Assembly: GCA_000991185.1 (NCBI GenBank)
Contig: LBRB01000001.1
Span: forward strand, 4,080 to 68,079
From: Berkelbacteria bacterium GW2011_GWA2_35_9
GTDB taxonomy: Bacteria; Patescibacteriota; UBA1384; GWA2-35-9
DNA length: 64,000 nt
Direction of reading: 5' to 3'
In this document: in pieces, positions 28,663 through 39,490 of the stretch
Layout: every line of letters begins with the position of its first letter
Position numbering within the stretch: the first letter of the stretch is position 1
The notes under the pieces: generated by a model
Seen by the model: only the letters and a program-made list of their open reading frames with translations
The model's database searches: none
What the model was told of the DNA's origin: nothing
Position numbers and translations under genes: made by a program

Positions 28663-29745
28663 ATGAATGATAATAATTTATCGAGAATTTTGGATATTGA
28701 AAACGAATATTCTACCATTGACAAAAGTAATATTTTACAGAATTTACTTGATTTTCCAGATCAACTTAATACCGTTTTTGAAGAAGTAAAAAAACTAACT
28801 ATTCCGTCTAATTACATACAAATCAACAAAGTACTTTTTATTGGCGTTGGTGGATCAGCGGTTGGGGCGGAAATGACCATCGGTTTAGTTAAGGAAAATT
28901 CTCATTTACCGATTGAATTATGTCGTGATTATCAAATTCCAAATTGGGTAGATAAAAATACATTGGTAATTGGATCGTCATATTCAGGCGGAACTGAAGA
29001 GACAGTGACTGCTTTTGAAAATTCAGCACAGAAAGGAGCAAAAATATTCGGTATTACTTCCGGAGGAAAGATCGCTTCGATTTGTCGTAAATACAAAGCT
29101 CCCTATTATGAAATAAATTACGGGAGTGAGCCAAGAATGGCACTGGGTTATTCTTTAGGAGCGCAAATTGCATTACTAAAAAAATTGAAAATATACGATA
29201 TTGAAGATAGTGAAATTGAGAAATCTATTAAAACACTTGATAAATTAATTGAGAAAATCAGTAGTGGAGTTGAGACAAATAATAATTTTGCCAAGCAACT
29301 GGCTAACAATATTTATGGAAAAATACCGGTATTTGTTGGATCATCAACCCTTTCGGCTGTGGCAAAAAGAGCCAAACAGCAGATCAATGAGAATACGAAA
29401 TCAGTCGCTTTATTCGAACCATTACCAGAAATGAATCACAATTTTGTAGTCGGTTTACAATTTCCTGACAATATAAATGAAAAAATATTTATCATCCTTT
29501 TGCAATCTAGCTACGATCATCCAAGAAATAAATTGCGTTATCAAATTTTACAAACTATTTTTGATCAAAAAAATATTGCTTATGAATCGGTTATAATTCA
29601 ACCAACAGTCTCAAGATTTTCGGAATTGATTAGTGTAGTTTCTTATGTTGATTTTGTTTCTTATTACCTGTCTCTTTTATACCAAGTTGACCCAAGTCTA
29701 ACTGAAACAATTGAATATATTAAAGAAAAATTAGCCAAAGAATAA
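28663..29745 (+). CDS. Bifunctional phosphoglucose/phosphomannose isomerase (SIS domain), copy 2
   Basis: 360 aa; IGVGGSAVGA and SYSGGTEET; paralog of 24602-25678. Confidence 0.75.
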   Translation: MNDNNLSRILDIENEYSTIDKSNILQNLLDFPDQLNTVFEEVKKLTIPSNYIQINKVLFIGVGGSAVGAEMTIGLVKENSHLPIELCRDYQIPNWVDKNTLVIGSSYSGGTEETVTAFENSAQKGAKIFGITSGGKIASICRKYKAPYYEINYGSEPRMALGYSLGAQIALLKKLKIYDIEDSEIEKSIKTLDKLIEKISSGVETNNNFAKQLANNIYGKIPVFVGSSTLSAVAKRAKQQINENTKSVALFEPLPEMNHNFVVGLQFPDNINEKIFIILLQSSYDHPRNKLRYQILQTIFDQKNIAYESVIIQPTVSRFSELISVVSYVDFVSYYLSLLYQVDPSLTETIEYIKEKLAKE

Positions 29746-29768
29746 ATTATTTAAAATAAGGAGGGGGG

Positions 29769-30959
29769 TTGTCAAGTCGAATAAAAAACCTATTTCCACG
29801 TGTGATAATTAATTCTCGTTGCGAGAAGACTATTGAAATTGATCTAATTTCTGATAATTGGGAAAAAGTAACTGCTTCAGTGCCGAGCGGAAAATCAAAA
29901 GGTAAAAAAGAGATTGTGGAAGTAAAAGCAGACAAAGCTGTTAATCTAATTGAAAATAAAATATTTTCCAAAATTAAGGGTTTTGAACTCTGCCAACAAA
30001 TTAAATTTGATCAATTGCTTAACGAATACGGCGATAATGTTGGTTCTAATACTAAATTAGTTTTATCAATTGCTTATTTAAAATTAAGTAGTCTTAGTCT
30101 TTCACTTGAGAACTACGCCTATATTCGTCACTATTTGACTAAGATTCATAAATCTTTTTATCACTTCCCTACTCCATATTTTAATATGGTTAATGGTGGA
30201 GTCCACGCTAATAATAATCTTGGTTTTCAAGAATTTTTAGTTATTCCTAAATTAAAAGCTAGTTTTAAGGAAAATTATTGGTCAGCGGTTGAAATTTATC
30301 AAAGTCTAAAATTGGTTTTAATCAAAAGTGGGTTGGGTACAACCATTGCTGATGAAGGTGGTTATTCATTTGATTTAAAAGATGATACTAAAGTTTTTGA
30401 CTTATTAAAAATTGCGTGTACAGAAAAATCACTAGTTCCTGGAAAAGAGATTTTTTTCGGCATTGATGCCAGCGCTGACAATTTACATAAATCGGCTGAT
30501 AATTTGACTTCTACATATGAAAAAATTATGGCTAATTATCCACTTGTTTATCTAGAAGATCCATATTCGGAAAACGATTTCAAGTATTGGCTAGCTATTA
30601 TGTCAAAAAAGAATCACAATTTTCTTATCGTTGGCGATGACTTGACGGTTACTAATAGTCAATATATTAACCAGTATGCCCAACAAAAACTGATCAATGG
30701 AGTAATTATTAAACCAAATCAAATTGGGACAATTACCCAGACATTGGAAGCGATTGAAACAGCTAAAAAAAATCATTTAAAAATTATTGTTTCTCATCGA
30801 AGCGGAGAAACTAATGATGATTTTATCGCTGATTTTGCACTAGCAGTTGAGGCAGATGGAGTCAAATTTGGTGCCCCAGCAAGGGGTGAAAGAGTCGCTA
30901 AATACAATCGATTATTAAAAATAGAAGATAATTTGATCAATCAAACAAATAATAACTAA
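29769..30959 (+). CDS. eno: Enolase (divergent)
   Basis: 396 aa; TTG start after RBS aaggagggggg; ASVPSGKSKGKKE and SHRSGETNDDFIADFALAV...YNRLLKIED motifs. Confidence 0.8.
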   Translation: MSSRIKNLFPRVIINSRCEKTIEIDLISDNWEKVTASVPSGKSKGKKEIVEVKADKAVNLIENKIFSKIKGFELCQQIKFDQLLNEYGDNVGSNTKLVLSIAYLKLSSLSLSLENYAYIRHYLTKIHKSFYHFPTPYFNMVNGGVHANNNLGFQEFLVIPKLKASFKENYWSAVEIYQSLKLVLIKSGLGTTIADEGGYSFDLKDDTKVFDLLKIACTEKSLVPGKEIFFGIDASADNLHKSADNLTSTYEKIMANYPLVYLEDPYSENDFKYWLAIMSKKNHNFLIVGDDLTVTNSQYINQYAQQKLINGVIIKPNQIGTITQTLEAIETAKKNHLKIIVSHRSGETNDDFIADFALAVEADGVKFGAPARGERVAKYNRLLKIEDNLINQTNNN

Positions 30960-30964
30960 ATATT

Positions 30965-32545
30965 ATGAAAAAAACAGCTTTAATAATTTTAGATGGTTTA
31001 GGAATATCACCGGATAAAAAAGGTAATGCCTTTTTAAATGCAAAAACACCCGGATTAAATTTTATGCTTAAAAATTGTCCATCAACTTTACTCCAAGCCA
31101 GTGGAGAATCGGTTGGGTTACCTTGGGGAGAGATGGGAAATAGTGAAGTCGGTCATACGAACTTAGGTACCGGAAGAGTGGTTTTACAGGATTATCCATT
31201 AATATCAAAAAGTATTGAAAATGGTTCATTCTACGAAAAGATTGTTTTAAAAGATATGGTTAATTATGTTAAAAAAAATAAGAGTAACTTACATATACTT
31301 GGTATCGGTAGTGACGGAGGTGTTCATGGTCATATCGATCACATACTCGCCGGATTAGAACTAGCTAAACGAAATAATTTAAAAAATGTCTATATTCATA
31401 TTTTTTCCGACGGAAGAGATAGCTCGCCTAAAGCGTTGAAAAAATTTTTAGACAAGATAAATAATGCTTGTCAAACGCTCGGGGTTGGTAAAATTGCTAC
31501 GGTAGTTGGGCGTTATTACGCAATGGATAGAGATAAAAATTGGGATAGAACTAAAATCGCTTACGACTTAATTACTCGATTAGACGGTAATAAGTATCCT
31601 GATTATTTAACAGCAATTGATAGTCAATACCGTAAACGAAAATCGGACGAATTTTTAGAGCCGTGTGTTTTAGAAGGAGCTGAAGCGGTTAAAAACAATG
31701 ATGCGATTTTTATGACTAATTTTCGTTGCGATCGGGCTATTCAGTTAGCCAAAGCTTTTACGGACGACAATTTTATTGGTTTCAAAAGAGTCAAAATTTC
31801 AAATCTATATTTCGCAGGAATGGTATTGTATCAGGAAAATTTAAAAATTAATCCAATATTTTCTCCGGTTGATCTTAATAATCCAGCCACAAATTCTTTA
31901 GCTAATCCATTGGGAAAAATAATTAGCGAACATCGTTTATCTCAAGCTCGAATTTCAGAAACTGAAAAATTTGCCCATGTGACATATTTTTTTAATGCGG
32001 GAGAAAAAAAACCATTTAGAGGCGAAAAGCAAATATTGGTGCCGTCACTTAAAATTTCTAGTTATGATAAAAAACCCGAAATGTCAATTACTGGAGTGGT
32101 TACAAAAATTTTAGCTGAGGTAGCTAGTGAAAAAGATTTTATATTAATAAATTTTGCTAATCCTGATATGGTCGGTCACAGTGGAAACCTGAATGCTGCA
32201 ATTCAGGCTGTTGAGTATGTTGATGAAGCGCTAATAAAAGTTGTTAATGTTATGTTAGCCAGAGATTATTTTGTGATGATTACTGCCGATCATGGTAATT
32301 GTGAAGAAATGATTAATGCTAAAACTGGCGAGATCGATAAAGAACATTCAGTTAGTCCGGTGCCTTTTATTTTAGTTGATCAAATTAAACAGATCGAGCT
32401 AGAAGAATCAAACAGCAGTTTAATTAAATTGACTAAACGGCAACCAATCGGTTTATTGGCGGATATTGCGCCAACGATTTTAGAAATATTAGAGATAAAA
32501 AAACCGGTTGAAATGACTGGTCAGTCTTTAATCGGCATGATCTAA
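30965..32545 (+). CDS. gpmI: 2,3-bisphosphoglycerate-independent phosphoglycerate mutase, copy 1
   Basis: 526 aa; GNSEVGHTNLGTGRVV, ITADHGNCE. Confidence 0.9.
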   Translation: MKKTALIILDGLGISPDKKGNAFLNAKTPGLNFMLKNCPSTLLQASGESVGLPWGEMGNSEVGHTNLGTGRVVLQDYPLISKSIENGSFYEKIVLKDMVNYVKKNKSNLHILGIGSDGGVHGHIDHILAGLELAKRNNLKNVYIHIFSDGRDSSPKALKKFLDKINNACQTLGVGKIATVVGRYYAMDRDKNWDRTKIAYDLITRLDGNKYPDYLTAIDSQYRKRKSDEFLEPCVLEGAEAVKNNDAIFMTNFRCDRAIQLAKAFTDDNFIGFKRVKISNLYFAGMVLYQENLKINPIFSPVDLNNPATNSLANPLGKIISEHRLSQARISETEKFAHVTYFFNAGEKKPFRGEKQILVPSLKISSYDKKPEMSITGVVTKILAEVASEKDFILINFANPDMVGHSGNLNAAIQAVEYVDEALIKVVNVMLARDYFVMITADHGNCEEMINAKTGEIDKEHSVSPVPFILVDQIKQIELEESNSSLIKLTKRQPIGLLADIAPTILEILEIKKPVEMTGQSLIGMI

Positions 32546-32546
32546 A

Positions 32547-34067
32547 ATGAAAAATGTTTTATTAATTGTTTTAGATGGTTGGGGCATTGCACCGTATTGG
32601 GGTGGTAATGTTTTTGCAGTTGCAAAAACACCTGTATACACTAATTTTTTAAATAATTATCCAAATTCAAAGCTTCATGCTCATGGATCGTATGTCGGTT
32701 TGCCCGGCAATGAAATGGGAAATAGTGAAGTTGGTCATTTGAATATTGGGGCTGGACGAATTGTTAAACAGGATAGTTCTATTATAAATCAAGCGATTAG
32801 CGATGGAACTTTATTTACTAATCAAATATTTTTAGAATCAATTGAAAAAAGCCAAAAAAATAATCGCCCAATTCAAGTCATGGGTTTACTTTCGAACGGA
32901 ATGGTTCACTCTTCATTTGATCATCTAATGGCATTGATTGATTTGTTCCAAAAACATAATTTTAAAAATGTTTTTTATCATATTTTCACAGATGGTCGTG
33001 ACAGTCCGCCACAGAGTGGCATTATATTTTTAAAAAAATTGATTGAGAAAATAAACCAAACTGGAGTTGGAAAAATTGCGACATTATCTGGTCGTTTTTA
33101 CGCTATGGATAGAGATAAAAATTATTCAAGAACAACATTATCGGCGGATGCGATTTGTCGTGGAGTCGGACAGCACATTTACAATCCAATCAAAGCATTG
33201 TCTGATTGTTACGCAAAAGGCTTAACCGATGAATTTATTCCCCCTTTGGTTTTAGTTGATAGTGACAATCTAGCAGTTTTTGATATTCGGGAAAATGACG
33301 ATATTATTTTTTATAATTTTAGGCAAGATCGGGCTCGGCAAATAATTGAAAAAATTTGTACATATTATCCATCAATAAAAATAATTGGTTTTATTCCCTA
33401 CGGAATCGAAGATAATAAAAATTTAAAAAATAATTTGCGATCGGCTTTTTCGCCGTCTAAGCCAATCAATCATTTAACTGAATTTTTGTCCTTTAATAAT
33501 TTAAAACAATTGAAAATTGCTGAAACGGAAAAATTTAATCATATTACTTATTTTTTTAATGGTTTAAACACAAAAAATTTTCAGCTGGAGGATCGAATAT
33601 TAATTAATTCAAAAAAAGTTTCTAATTATCGTCTTTTGCCAGAAATGTCAGCCAAAGAAATTACTCAAAAAACGATTCGAGCGTTAGCCAAACAAGATTA
33701 TTATTTTATCTTGGTCAATTATGCCAATGCCGATATGGTTGGACATACCGGTGATCGTTTAGCGGGGAAAATTGCGGTTGAAACAATTGATGAACAACTT
33801 TCAATTTTGGTAGATACTGCGATACAGAATAATTATTCTGTCGTTATTACTGCTGATCATGGCAATATTGAGGAAATGCTAAATCCACAAACAGGCGAAC
33901 TTCAAACTTCACACAGTAAAAATGAAGTTCCGTTGATTATTATTGACAATCAACTCAGAGGAAAAATTACACTCAATAATGGGATATTGGCTGATGTTGC
34001 ACCAACAATTTTAAAAATAATGGATTTAAAAAAACCAGCTGAAATGACAGGCAAAGAATTATTTTAA
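32547..34067 (+). CDS. gpmI: 2,3-bisphosphoglycerate-independent phosphoglycerate mutase, copy 2 (tandem paralog)
   Basis: 506 aa; GNSEVGHLNIGAGRIV, ITADHGNIE. Confidence 0.9.
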   Translation: MKNVLLIVLDGWGIAPYWGGNVFAVAKTPVYTNFLNNYPNSKLHAHGSYVGLPGNEMGNSEVGHLNIGAGRIVKQDSSIINQAISDGTLFTNQIFLESIEKSQKNNRPIQVMGLLSNGMVHSSFDHLMALIDLFQKHNFKNVFYHIFTDGRDSPPQSGIIFLKKLIEKINQTGVGKIATLSGRFYAMDRDKNYSRTTLSADAICRGVGQHIYNPIKALSDCYAKGLTDEFIPPLVLVDSDNLAVFDIRENDDIIFYNFRQDRARQIIEKICTYYPSIKIIGFIPYGIEDNKNLKNNLRSAFSPSKPINHLTEFLSFNNLKQLKIAETEKFNHITYFFNGLNTKNFQLEDRILINSKKVSNYRLLPEMSAKEITQKTIRALAKQDYYFILVNYANADMVGHTGDRLAGKIAVETIDEQLSILVDTAIQNNYSVVITADHGNIEEMLNPQTGELQTSHSKNEVPLIIIDNQLRGKITLNNGILADVAPTILKIMDLKKPAEMTGKELF

Positions 34068-34073
34068 AATATT

Positions 34074-35387
34074 ATGATTCCAAAAGAAGTTATTAAAATT
34101 ATTAAAAAACTGCAGGCTAATGGTTTCATTGGTTTAATTGCTGGTGGCGCCGTGCGTGATTTGGTACTGGGTCGTGAAATTAATGATTATGATATTGTGT
34201 CAAACGCAGAGTATCACGATTTAATTAAAATATTTTCTAAAGTAGTTCCATACGCACTTGAATATGGCGTAAGTTTGATAATTGAAAATAATAAAAGTTA
34301 TGAAATTACTTTATTTAGAAAAGACTTTGAGTATAGTGATGGGCGAAGACCCAAATATATTGAAAAAAGTACCCCTAAGGAAGATGCGATGCGCCGGGAT
34401 TTTACAATCAATGCGCTTTATTACGATCCGATAGGAAAAAAAATTATTGATTATATCGGTGGAAAAAAAGATCTGGAAGATAAATTGATTCGTTTTGTTG
34501 GTATTCCGACAGAAAGAATTAACGAGGATAATTTACGGTTATTAAGAGCGATTCGGATTAAAAATCAACTTAATTTTAGTTATGAAAATGAGACTTTAAA
34601 AGCAATTATTGACCATTCAGATTTAATAAAAAAAGTTTCAAATGCAAGAGTTGGACAGGAAATGGCAAAAATTTTGTTGTCGAAAAATCGTAGTCAAGCA
34701 ATTAAAGAATTATCGAGTTTTGGAATATTAAAATATATTATGCCTGAGATTACTCGTTTAAAAGGGTTAAAACAACCAGATATTTTTCATCAAGAAGGAG
34801 ATGTGCTAACTCATACATTTTTAGCCTTATCTCAAATAGATGATTACGAAAATTTATATGTAATTTTAGCGACACTTTTTCATGACAGTGGCAAATTAGA
34901 AGCTATTACCTATCCACGCAACGAAAATGATAGGATTCGTTTTAATGATCATGCTTATTATTCAGCTAGTATTGCTAATCAAGTTATGACTCGCTTTAAT
35001 TATTCAAAAGTTATTCGACAATCAACGATTTGGTTGATAAAAAATCATATGAGTTGGTTTCAGATTTTCGAAATGTCACAAGCTAAAAAACAAAAAATGT
35101 TCAATCATCCACTTTTCTCAGATTTAATTAAATTAGCCTATTACGATGCAATGGGAACTTATCCGCAAAACATAGATCATGTAGTTGAATTACAACAACT
35201 TTATCAAAAAGAGTATCGACCTTTACCAAAAAAATTATTAACTGGCAAAGATTTAGTTGAGCTTGGAATTGACAAAAAAATGATTGGAAAGGTTTTAGAA
35301 AAAATTTATAATTTACAGATTAATGGCAAGATCCGTTCTAAGAAAGAAGCGTTGAAAAAAGTCAGTCAGTTATTGATAAACAGGTAA
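34074..35387 (+). CDS. cca: CCA-adding tRNA nucleotidyltransferase with HD domain
   Basis: 437 aa; GLIAGGAVRDLVLGREINDYDIV Pol-beta head; HD-motif FHDSGK. Confidence 0.85.
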   Translation: MIPKEVIKIIKKLQANGFIGLIAGGAVRDLVLGREINDYDIVSNAEYHDLIKIFSKVVPYALEYGVSLIIENNKSYEITLFRKDFEYSDGRRPKYIEKSTPKEDAMRRDFTINALYYDPIGKKIIDYIGGKKDLEDKLIRFVGIPTERINEDNLRLLRAIRIKNQLNFSYENETLKAIIDHSDLIKKVSNARVGQEMAKILLSKNRSQAIKELSSFGILKYIMPEITRLKGLKQPDIFHQEGDVLTHTFLALSQIDDYENLYVILATLFHDSGKLEAITYPRNENDRIRFNDHAYYSASIANQVMTRFNYSKVIRQSTIWLIKNHMSWFQIFEMSQAKKQKMFNHPLFSDLIKLAYYDAMGTYPQNIDHVVELQQLYQKEYRPLPKKLLTGKDLVELGIDKKMIGKVLEKIYNLQINGKIRSKKEALKKVSQLLINR

Positions 35388-35413
35388 TAAATTGGTAGAA
35401 TTAATTATCCATA

Positions 35414-35488
35414 GGGCTCGTAGCTTAGCGGTAGAGTGCTTGCATGGCATGCAAGAGGTCGGGAGTTCGATCCTCCCCGAGTCCACCA
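35414..35488 (+). tRNA. tRNA-Ala (anticodon GGC)
   Basis: Hand-folded cloverleaf: acceptor GGGCUCG/CGAGUCC with G3:U70 Ala identity pair, anticodon loop AUGGCAU, T-arm GGGAG-UUCGAUC-CUCCC, encoded CCA. Confidence 0.85.
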
Positions 35489-35514
35489 ACTCGTAACAAA
35501 TATAATAAATTTAT

Positions 35515-35679
35515 ATGATACAACTTCGAAAAAATCGGGATAAATGTCCAAAGTGCAAAGGAATTTTGATAAAACAAATTGAAAATCGTCAGTCTTTTGG
35601 ACAAACTCTAAATCCGACTTTTCGCTGTAGTGCCTGTGGACGGAATTATGAACTAAAAGTTAGGAATAATAAAATATGA
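35515..35679 (+). CDS. Small zinc-ribbon protein (54 aa), not in ORF track
   Basis: ATG...TGA ORF MIQLRKNRDKCPKCKGIL...FRCSACGRNYELKVRNNKI; two CxxC pairs ~24 aa apart. Confidence 0.4.
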   Translation: MIQLRKNRDKCPKCKGILIKQIENRQSFGQTLNPTFRCSACGRNYELKVRNNKI

Positions 35680-35731
35680 TGTACGATTAGTAGTTATTTA
35701 CTAATTGATCTAAAAGAGATAAAATAGTCCT

Positions 35732-38104
35732 ATGAGTAAGGTTTATAATCATAAAGCGATTGAAGAAAAATGGCAAAAAGTTTGGGATGAAAAAAAAGTT
35801 TACCAAACTGATACCGATCTAAGTAAAAAAAAGAAATATATTCTCGATATGTTTCCTTACCCTTCGGGCGCTGGCTTACATGTTGGTCATCCTTTAGGTT
35901 ATATTGCATCCGATATTGTTAGTCGATACTATAAAATGAATGATTATCGAGTACTCCATCCAATGGGTTGGGATGCTTTTGGATTGCCAGCTGAAAATTA
36001 TGCCATTAAATCAGGAATTCATCCAGACAAATCAACTAAATCAAACATTGAAACTTTTAAACGACAATTAAAAAGCTTAGGTTTAAGTTACGATTGGTCA
36101 AGGGAAATTAATACTTCAGATTCGGAATATTATAAATGGACACAATGGATATTTCTAAAGTTATTTGAAAAAGGCTTAGCCTATAAAAAGAAAGCGCCAG
36201 TCAATTGGTGTAGTTCATGCCAAACAGTTTTAGCCAATGAGCAGGTTATAGATGGAAAGTGTGAACGGTGTAAAAACGGTGTAATTCAAAAAGAGTTAGA
36301 ACAATGGTTTTTCAAGATTACTGAATATGCTGAGGAATTGTTAGCTGATATTGATAAACTAGATTGGAGCGAAGCAATTAAAACGATGCAGAGAAACTGG
36401 ATTGGAAAGTCGGAAGGAGCAAAAATTAAGTTCACAGTTCACAGTTCACAGTTCACAGATGATTCAATCGAAGTGTTTACGACGAGACCGGATACATTAT
36501 TCGGAGCAACATATATAGTATTAGCTCCCGAAAATGAGCTAATACAAAAATTTAAAATTCAAATTACAAACTTCAAAGAAATTGAAAATTACATTAAAGA
36601 AAGTAAGAAGAAAACGGATTTGCAAAGAACAGATTTATCAAAAGAAAAAACTGGTATTGAATTAAAAGGGATTAGAGCGATTAATCCAGTCAATAAAAAA
36701 GAAATTCCAATATGGATTGCAGATTATGTATTAAACAATTATGGTACAGGTGCAATTATGGCAGTGCCAGCGCATGATGAAAGGGACTTTGAATTTGCCA
36801 ACAAATTCAATCTTGAAAATATTAGAGTTATTGAGGGAGGTGAATTGCCATACATTGGAAATGGCAAAATGATTAACTCAGACAAATTTAATGGTCAACA
36901 GTCAAATAATATTATTAATGAAATTACTCAATTAGCAAGAGGAGAATTAACCACTCAATACAAACTTCGAGATTGGTTAATATCAAGGCAGCGTTATTGG
37001 GGAGCACCGATACCGATTATTTATTGCGATAAGTGCGGAATGCAACCGGTGCCGGAAGATCAATTGCCAGTTGAGCTATCAACCGATGTAGATTTCAAGC
37101 CGACCGGTGAATCACCGCTAGAAAGTTCTAAATCATTTCATAATGTGAAATGTCCAAACTGTCACTCCCCCGCTCGTCGAGAATCGGATACGATGGATAC
37201 TTTTGTCGATTCGAGCTGGTACTACCTCGCATACACTATCAATAAAAATTCGAAATTCGAAATTAGAAATTCGAAACTAATTGAAGATTGGATGCCAGTT
37301 GATATTTATGTTGGAGGGGCTGAACATGCAGTGATGCATCTTTTATACGCTCGTTTTATCACCAAAGCTTTACGAGATATGAAAGTTTTGAATATTGATG
37401 AGCCATTTTCATCTTTAAAAAATCAAGGGACGATTTTGGCAGAAGATGGCAGAAAAATGAGTAAATCATTTAATAATGTAATAAATCCTGATGATATTGT
37501 TGATGTTTACGGAGCTGATACATTCAGATTATACGAAATGTTTATGGGTCCTTTTTCTGACACTAAGCCATGGTCAACAAAAAATATTGCCGGTGTTAAT
37601 CGATTTATTAAAAAATTATTCAATATTGAATATAAAAATGACGATACGACTAATGAACATACCAAAACCAAAATAGAACAGTTGAAAAAAAGTGTTTCTG
37701 ATGATATACTTAGTTTTTCGTTCAATACAGCAATTGCTAAAATGATGAGTTTTGTTAAAGATAAAAATCTGTATCTAAATAAAAAAATCTGGCAAGAATT
37801 TTTAATTATTTTATCTCCATTTGTGCCCTATGCTTCACAGGAATTGTGGACAAAAACTGGTAAAAAAGGATTAATTGTTAATGAGCAATGGGTTAAAGTT
37901 GACAAGTCAAAACTGGATGATCAGGTTAAAGATTTTATGATTATTATTGGAGGAAAAAAACTAGGTAGTATTAAATTGATGACTAATATGTCAGAGCATG
38001 AAATAATCGAACAAATATCAAAAGATAAAATCATTTGTGATAAATTAAATAATAAAAAAATAAAAAATATAAAAATTCATGAGAATGTTATAATACTTAT
38101 GTAG
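35732..38104 (+). CDS. leuS: Leucyl-tRNA synthetase
   Basis: 790 aa; HVGHPLGY (HIGH) and KMSKS motifs, CP1 editing domain. Confidence 0.95.
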   Translation: MSKVYNHKAIEEKWQKVWDEKKVYQTDTDLSKKKKYILDMFPYPSGAGLHVGHPLGYIASDIVSRYYKMNDYRVLHPMGWDAFGLPAENYAIKSGIHPDKSTKSNIETFKRQLKSLGLSYDWSREINTSDSEYYKWTQWIFLKLFEKGLAYKKKAPVNWCSSCQTVLANEQVIDGKCERCKNGVIQKELEQWFFKITEYAEELLADIDKLDWSEAIKTMQRNWIGKSEGAKIKFTVHSSQFTDDSIEVFTTRPDTLFGATYIVLAPENELIQKFKIQITNFKEIENYIKESKKKTDLQRTDLSKEKTGIELKGIRAINPVNKKEIPIWIADYVLNNYGTGAIMAVPAHDERDFEFANKFNLENIRVIEGGELPYIGNGKMINSDKFNGQQSNNIINEITQLARGELTTQYKLRDWLISRQRYWGAPIPIIYCDKCGMQPVPEDQLPVELSTDVDFKPTGESPLESSKSFHNVKCPNCHSPARRESDTMDTFVDSSWYYLAYTINKNSKFEIRNSKLIEDWMPVDIYVGGAEHAVMHLLYARFITKALRDMKVLNIDEPFSSLKNQGTILAEDGRKMSKSFNNVINPDDIVDVYGADTFRLYEMFMGPFSDTKPWSTKNIAGVNRFIKKLFNIEYKNDDTTNEHTKTKIEQLKKSVSDDILSFSFNTAIAKMMSFVKDKNLYLNKKIWQEFLIILSPFVPYASQELWTKTGKKGLIVNEQWVKVDKSKLDDQVKDFMIIIGGKKLGSIKLMTNMSEHEIIEQISKDKIICDKLNNKKIKNIKIHENVIILM

Positions 38105-38137
38105 CATAATCTGTGATAAAATTAATAAAGGAATAAT

Positions 38138-38314
38138 ATGGCAGAACCAAAAAAACAAAGAAGTCGTTCAAGGAGTAGAAAAGCGAAAAACAACCTTGGT
38201 TGGAAAGCACCGTCAATAGCACGATGCATAGAATGTAATACGGTCAAGCGACCACATCAGGTTTGTATGAATTGTGGGGAGTATCGAAAAAATAAAATAA
38301 TTTCAACCAAATAA
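38138..38314 (+). CDS. rpmF: 50S ribosomal protein L32, not in ORF track
   Basis: 58-aa ORF MAEPKKQRSRSRSRKAKN...CIECNTVKRPHQVCMNCGEYRKNK; C4 zinc ribbon typical of L32. Confidence 0.8.
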   Translation: MAEPKKQRSRSRSRKAKNNLGWKAPSIARCIECNTVKRPHQVCMNCGEYRKNKIISTK

Positions 38315-38317
38315 AAT

Positions 38318-38779
38318 ATGTCAGTCAATCGACACTTAACTCGAATTTTAATGTTTCAAACTCTATTCGAGTGGGATTTTCGTGATAATGTAGATTTTAA
38401 TAAAATTAGAGATAGAAATTTTGCTATTTATAAAGATGATGTTGATATTGAATACGGAAAAAATACTTTAAAAGAAATCGTTACTAAAATTAAAGATTTG
38501 GATGAAAAAATAGTTTCAGTAGCGCCAGACTTCCCGATTGAAAAAGTGGCGAATATTGATAAAGCAATATTAAGATTGTCTATTTACGAATTGCTTTATA
38601 GTCAAGAAATTCCGCCAAAGGTTGCAATCAACGAAGCAGTTGAGTTAGCAAAAACATTTGGAGGTGACAATACTTACAAATTTGTGAATGGAGTGTTGGG
38701 CACCGTTTATAGACAAAGTGAAAAATATAATGAAGATGAAGCTAAAGAATTAAATTTAACACCAATTGAAGAGTTATGA
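38318..38779 (+). CDS. nusB: Transcription antitermination factor NusB-like
   Basis: 153 aa all-helical; [16 protein letters not shown]-terminus and position upstream of rnc. Confidence 0.6.
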   Translation: MSVNRHLTRILMFQTLFEWDFRDNVDFNKIRDRNFAIYKDDVDIEYGKNTLKEIVTKIKDLDEKIVSVAPDFPIEKVANIDKAILRLSIYELLYSQEIPPKVAINEAVELAKTFGGDNTYKFVNGVLGTVYRQSEKYNEDEAKELNLTPIEEL

Positions 38780-39483
38780 ACAAAATTGATAAAAAAGTAT
38801 TAATCGATAAGTTTTTAGATAAAGTATCGGTGAAATTTAAAAATAAAGATTTGATTCGACAGGCTTTTGTTCACCGTTCGTATTTAAACGAGAATCCAAA
38901 TTTTGACTTAGACCATAACGAAAGATTAGAATTTTTGGGTGACGCAGTCTTAGAACTAGTGGTTACAGAGCATCTTTATAGTAATTACCCTAATCCTGAA
39001 GGAGAATTAACTAACTGGCGATCAGCTTTAGTTAAAGGAGAAACACTTTCAAAAATTGCCAAAGAATTAAAAATGGAAGAATTGCTTTATCTGTCAAAAG
39101 GTGAATCGAACGGAACGCAACGAGCTAGAGATTTAATTTTAGCTAATGCTTTTGAAGCTTTAATAGGTGCAATTTATTTAGATCAAACTATTTTAGTTGC
39201 CGAACAATTTATTATTAAATATGTCATTATTCGATTACCTGAAATTTTGAAAGATAAAACATACCTTGATTCAAAAAGTCGACTTCAAGAATATGCTCAA
39301 GCTCAATATGGATACACGCCAGAATATAAAGTTATCAGTGAAACTGGACCGGATCATGATAAAGTTTTTATCGTAGAAGTATTCGTTGGTTCAAATGTGA
39401 TGGGCAAAGGTGAAGGATTATCCAAACAAGAAGCGCAACAAAACGCCGCATCAAATGCGGTCAAAAAATTAATAACTAAATAA
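38776..39483 (+). CDS. rnc: Ribonuclease III
   Basis: 235 aa; signature [15 protein letters not shown] and C-terminal dsRBD. Confidence 0.9.
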   Translation: MNKIDKKVLIDKFLDKVSVKFKNKDLIRQAFVHRSYLNENPNFDLDHNERLEFLGDAVLELVVTEHLYSNYPNPEGELTNWRSALVKGETLSKIAKELKMEELLYLSKGESNGTQRARDLILANAFEALIGAIYLDQTILVAEQFIIKYVIIRLPEILKDKTYLDSKSRLQEYAQAQYGYTPEYKVISETGPDHDKVFIVEVFVGSNVMGKGEGLSKQEAQQNAASNAVKKLITK

Positions 39484-39490
39484 TTTAGAT

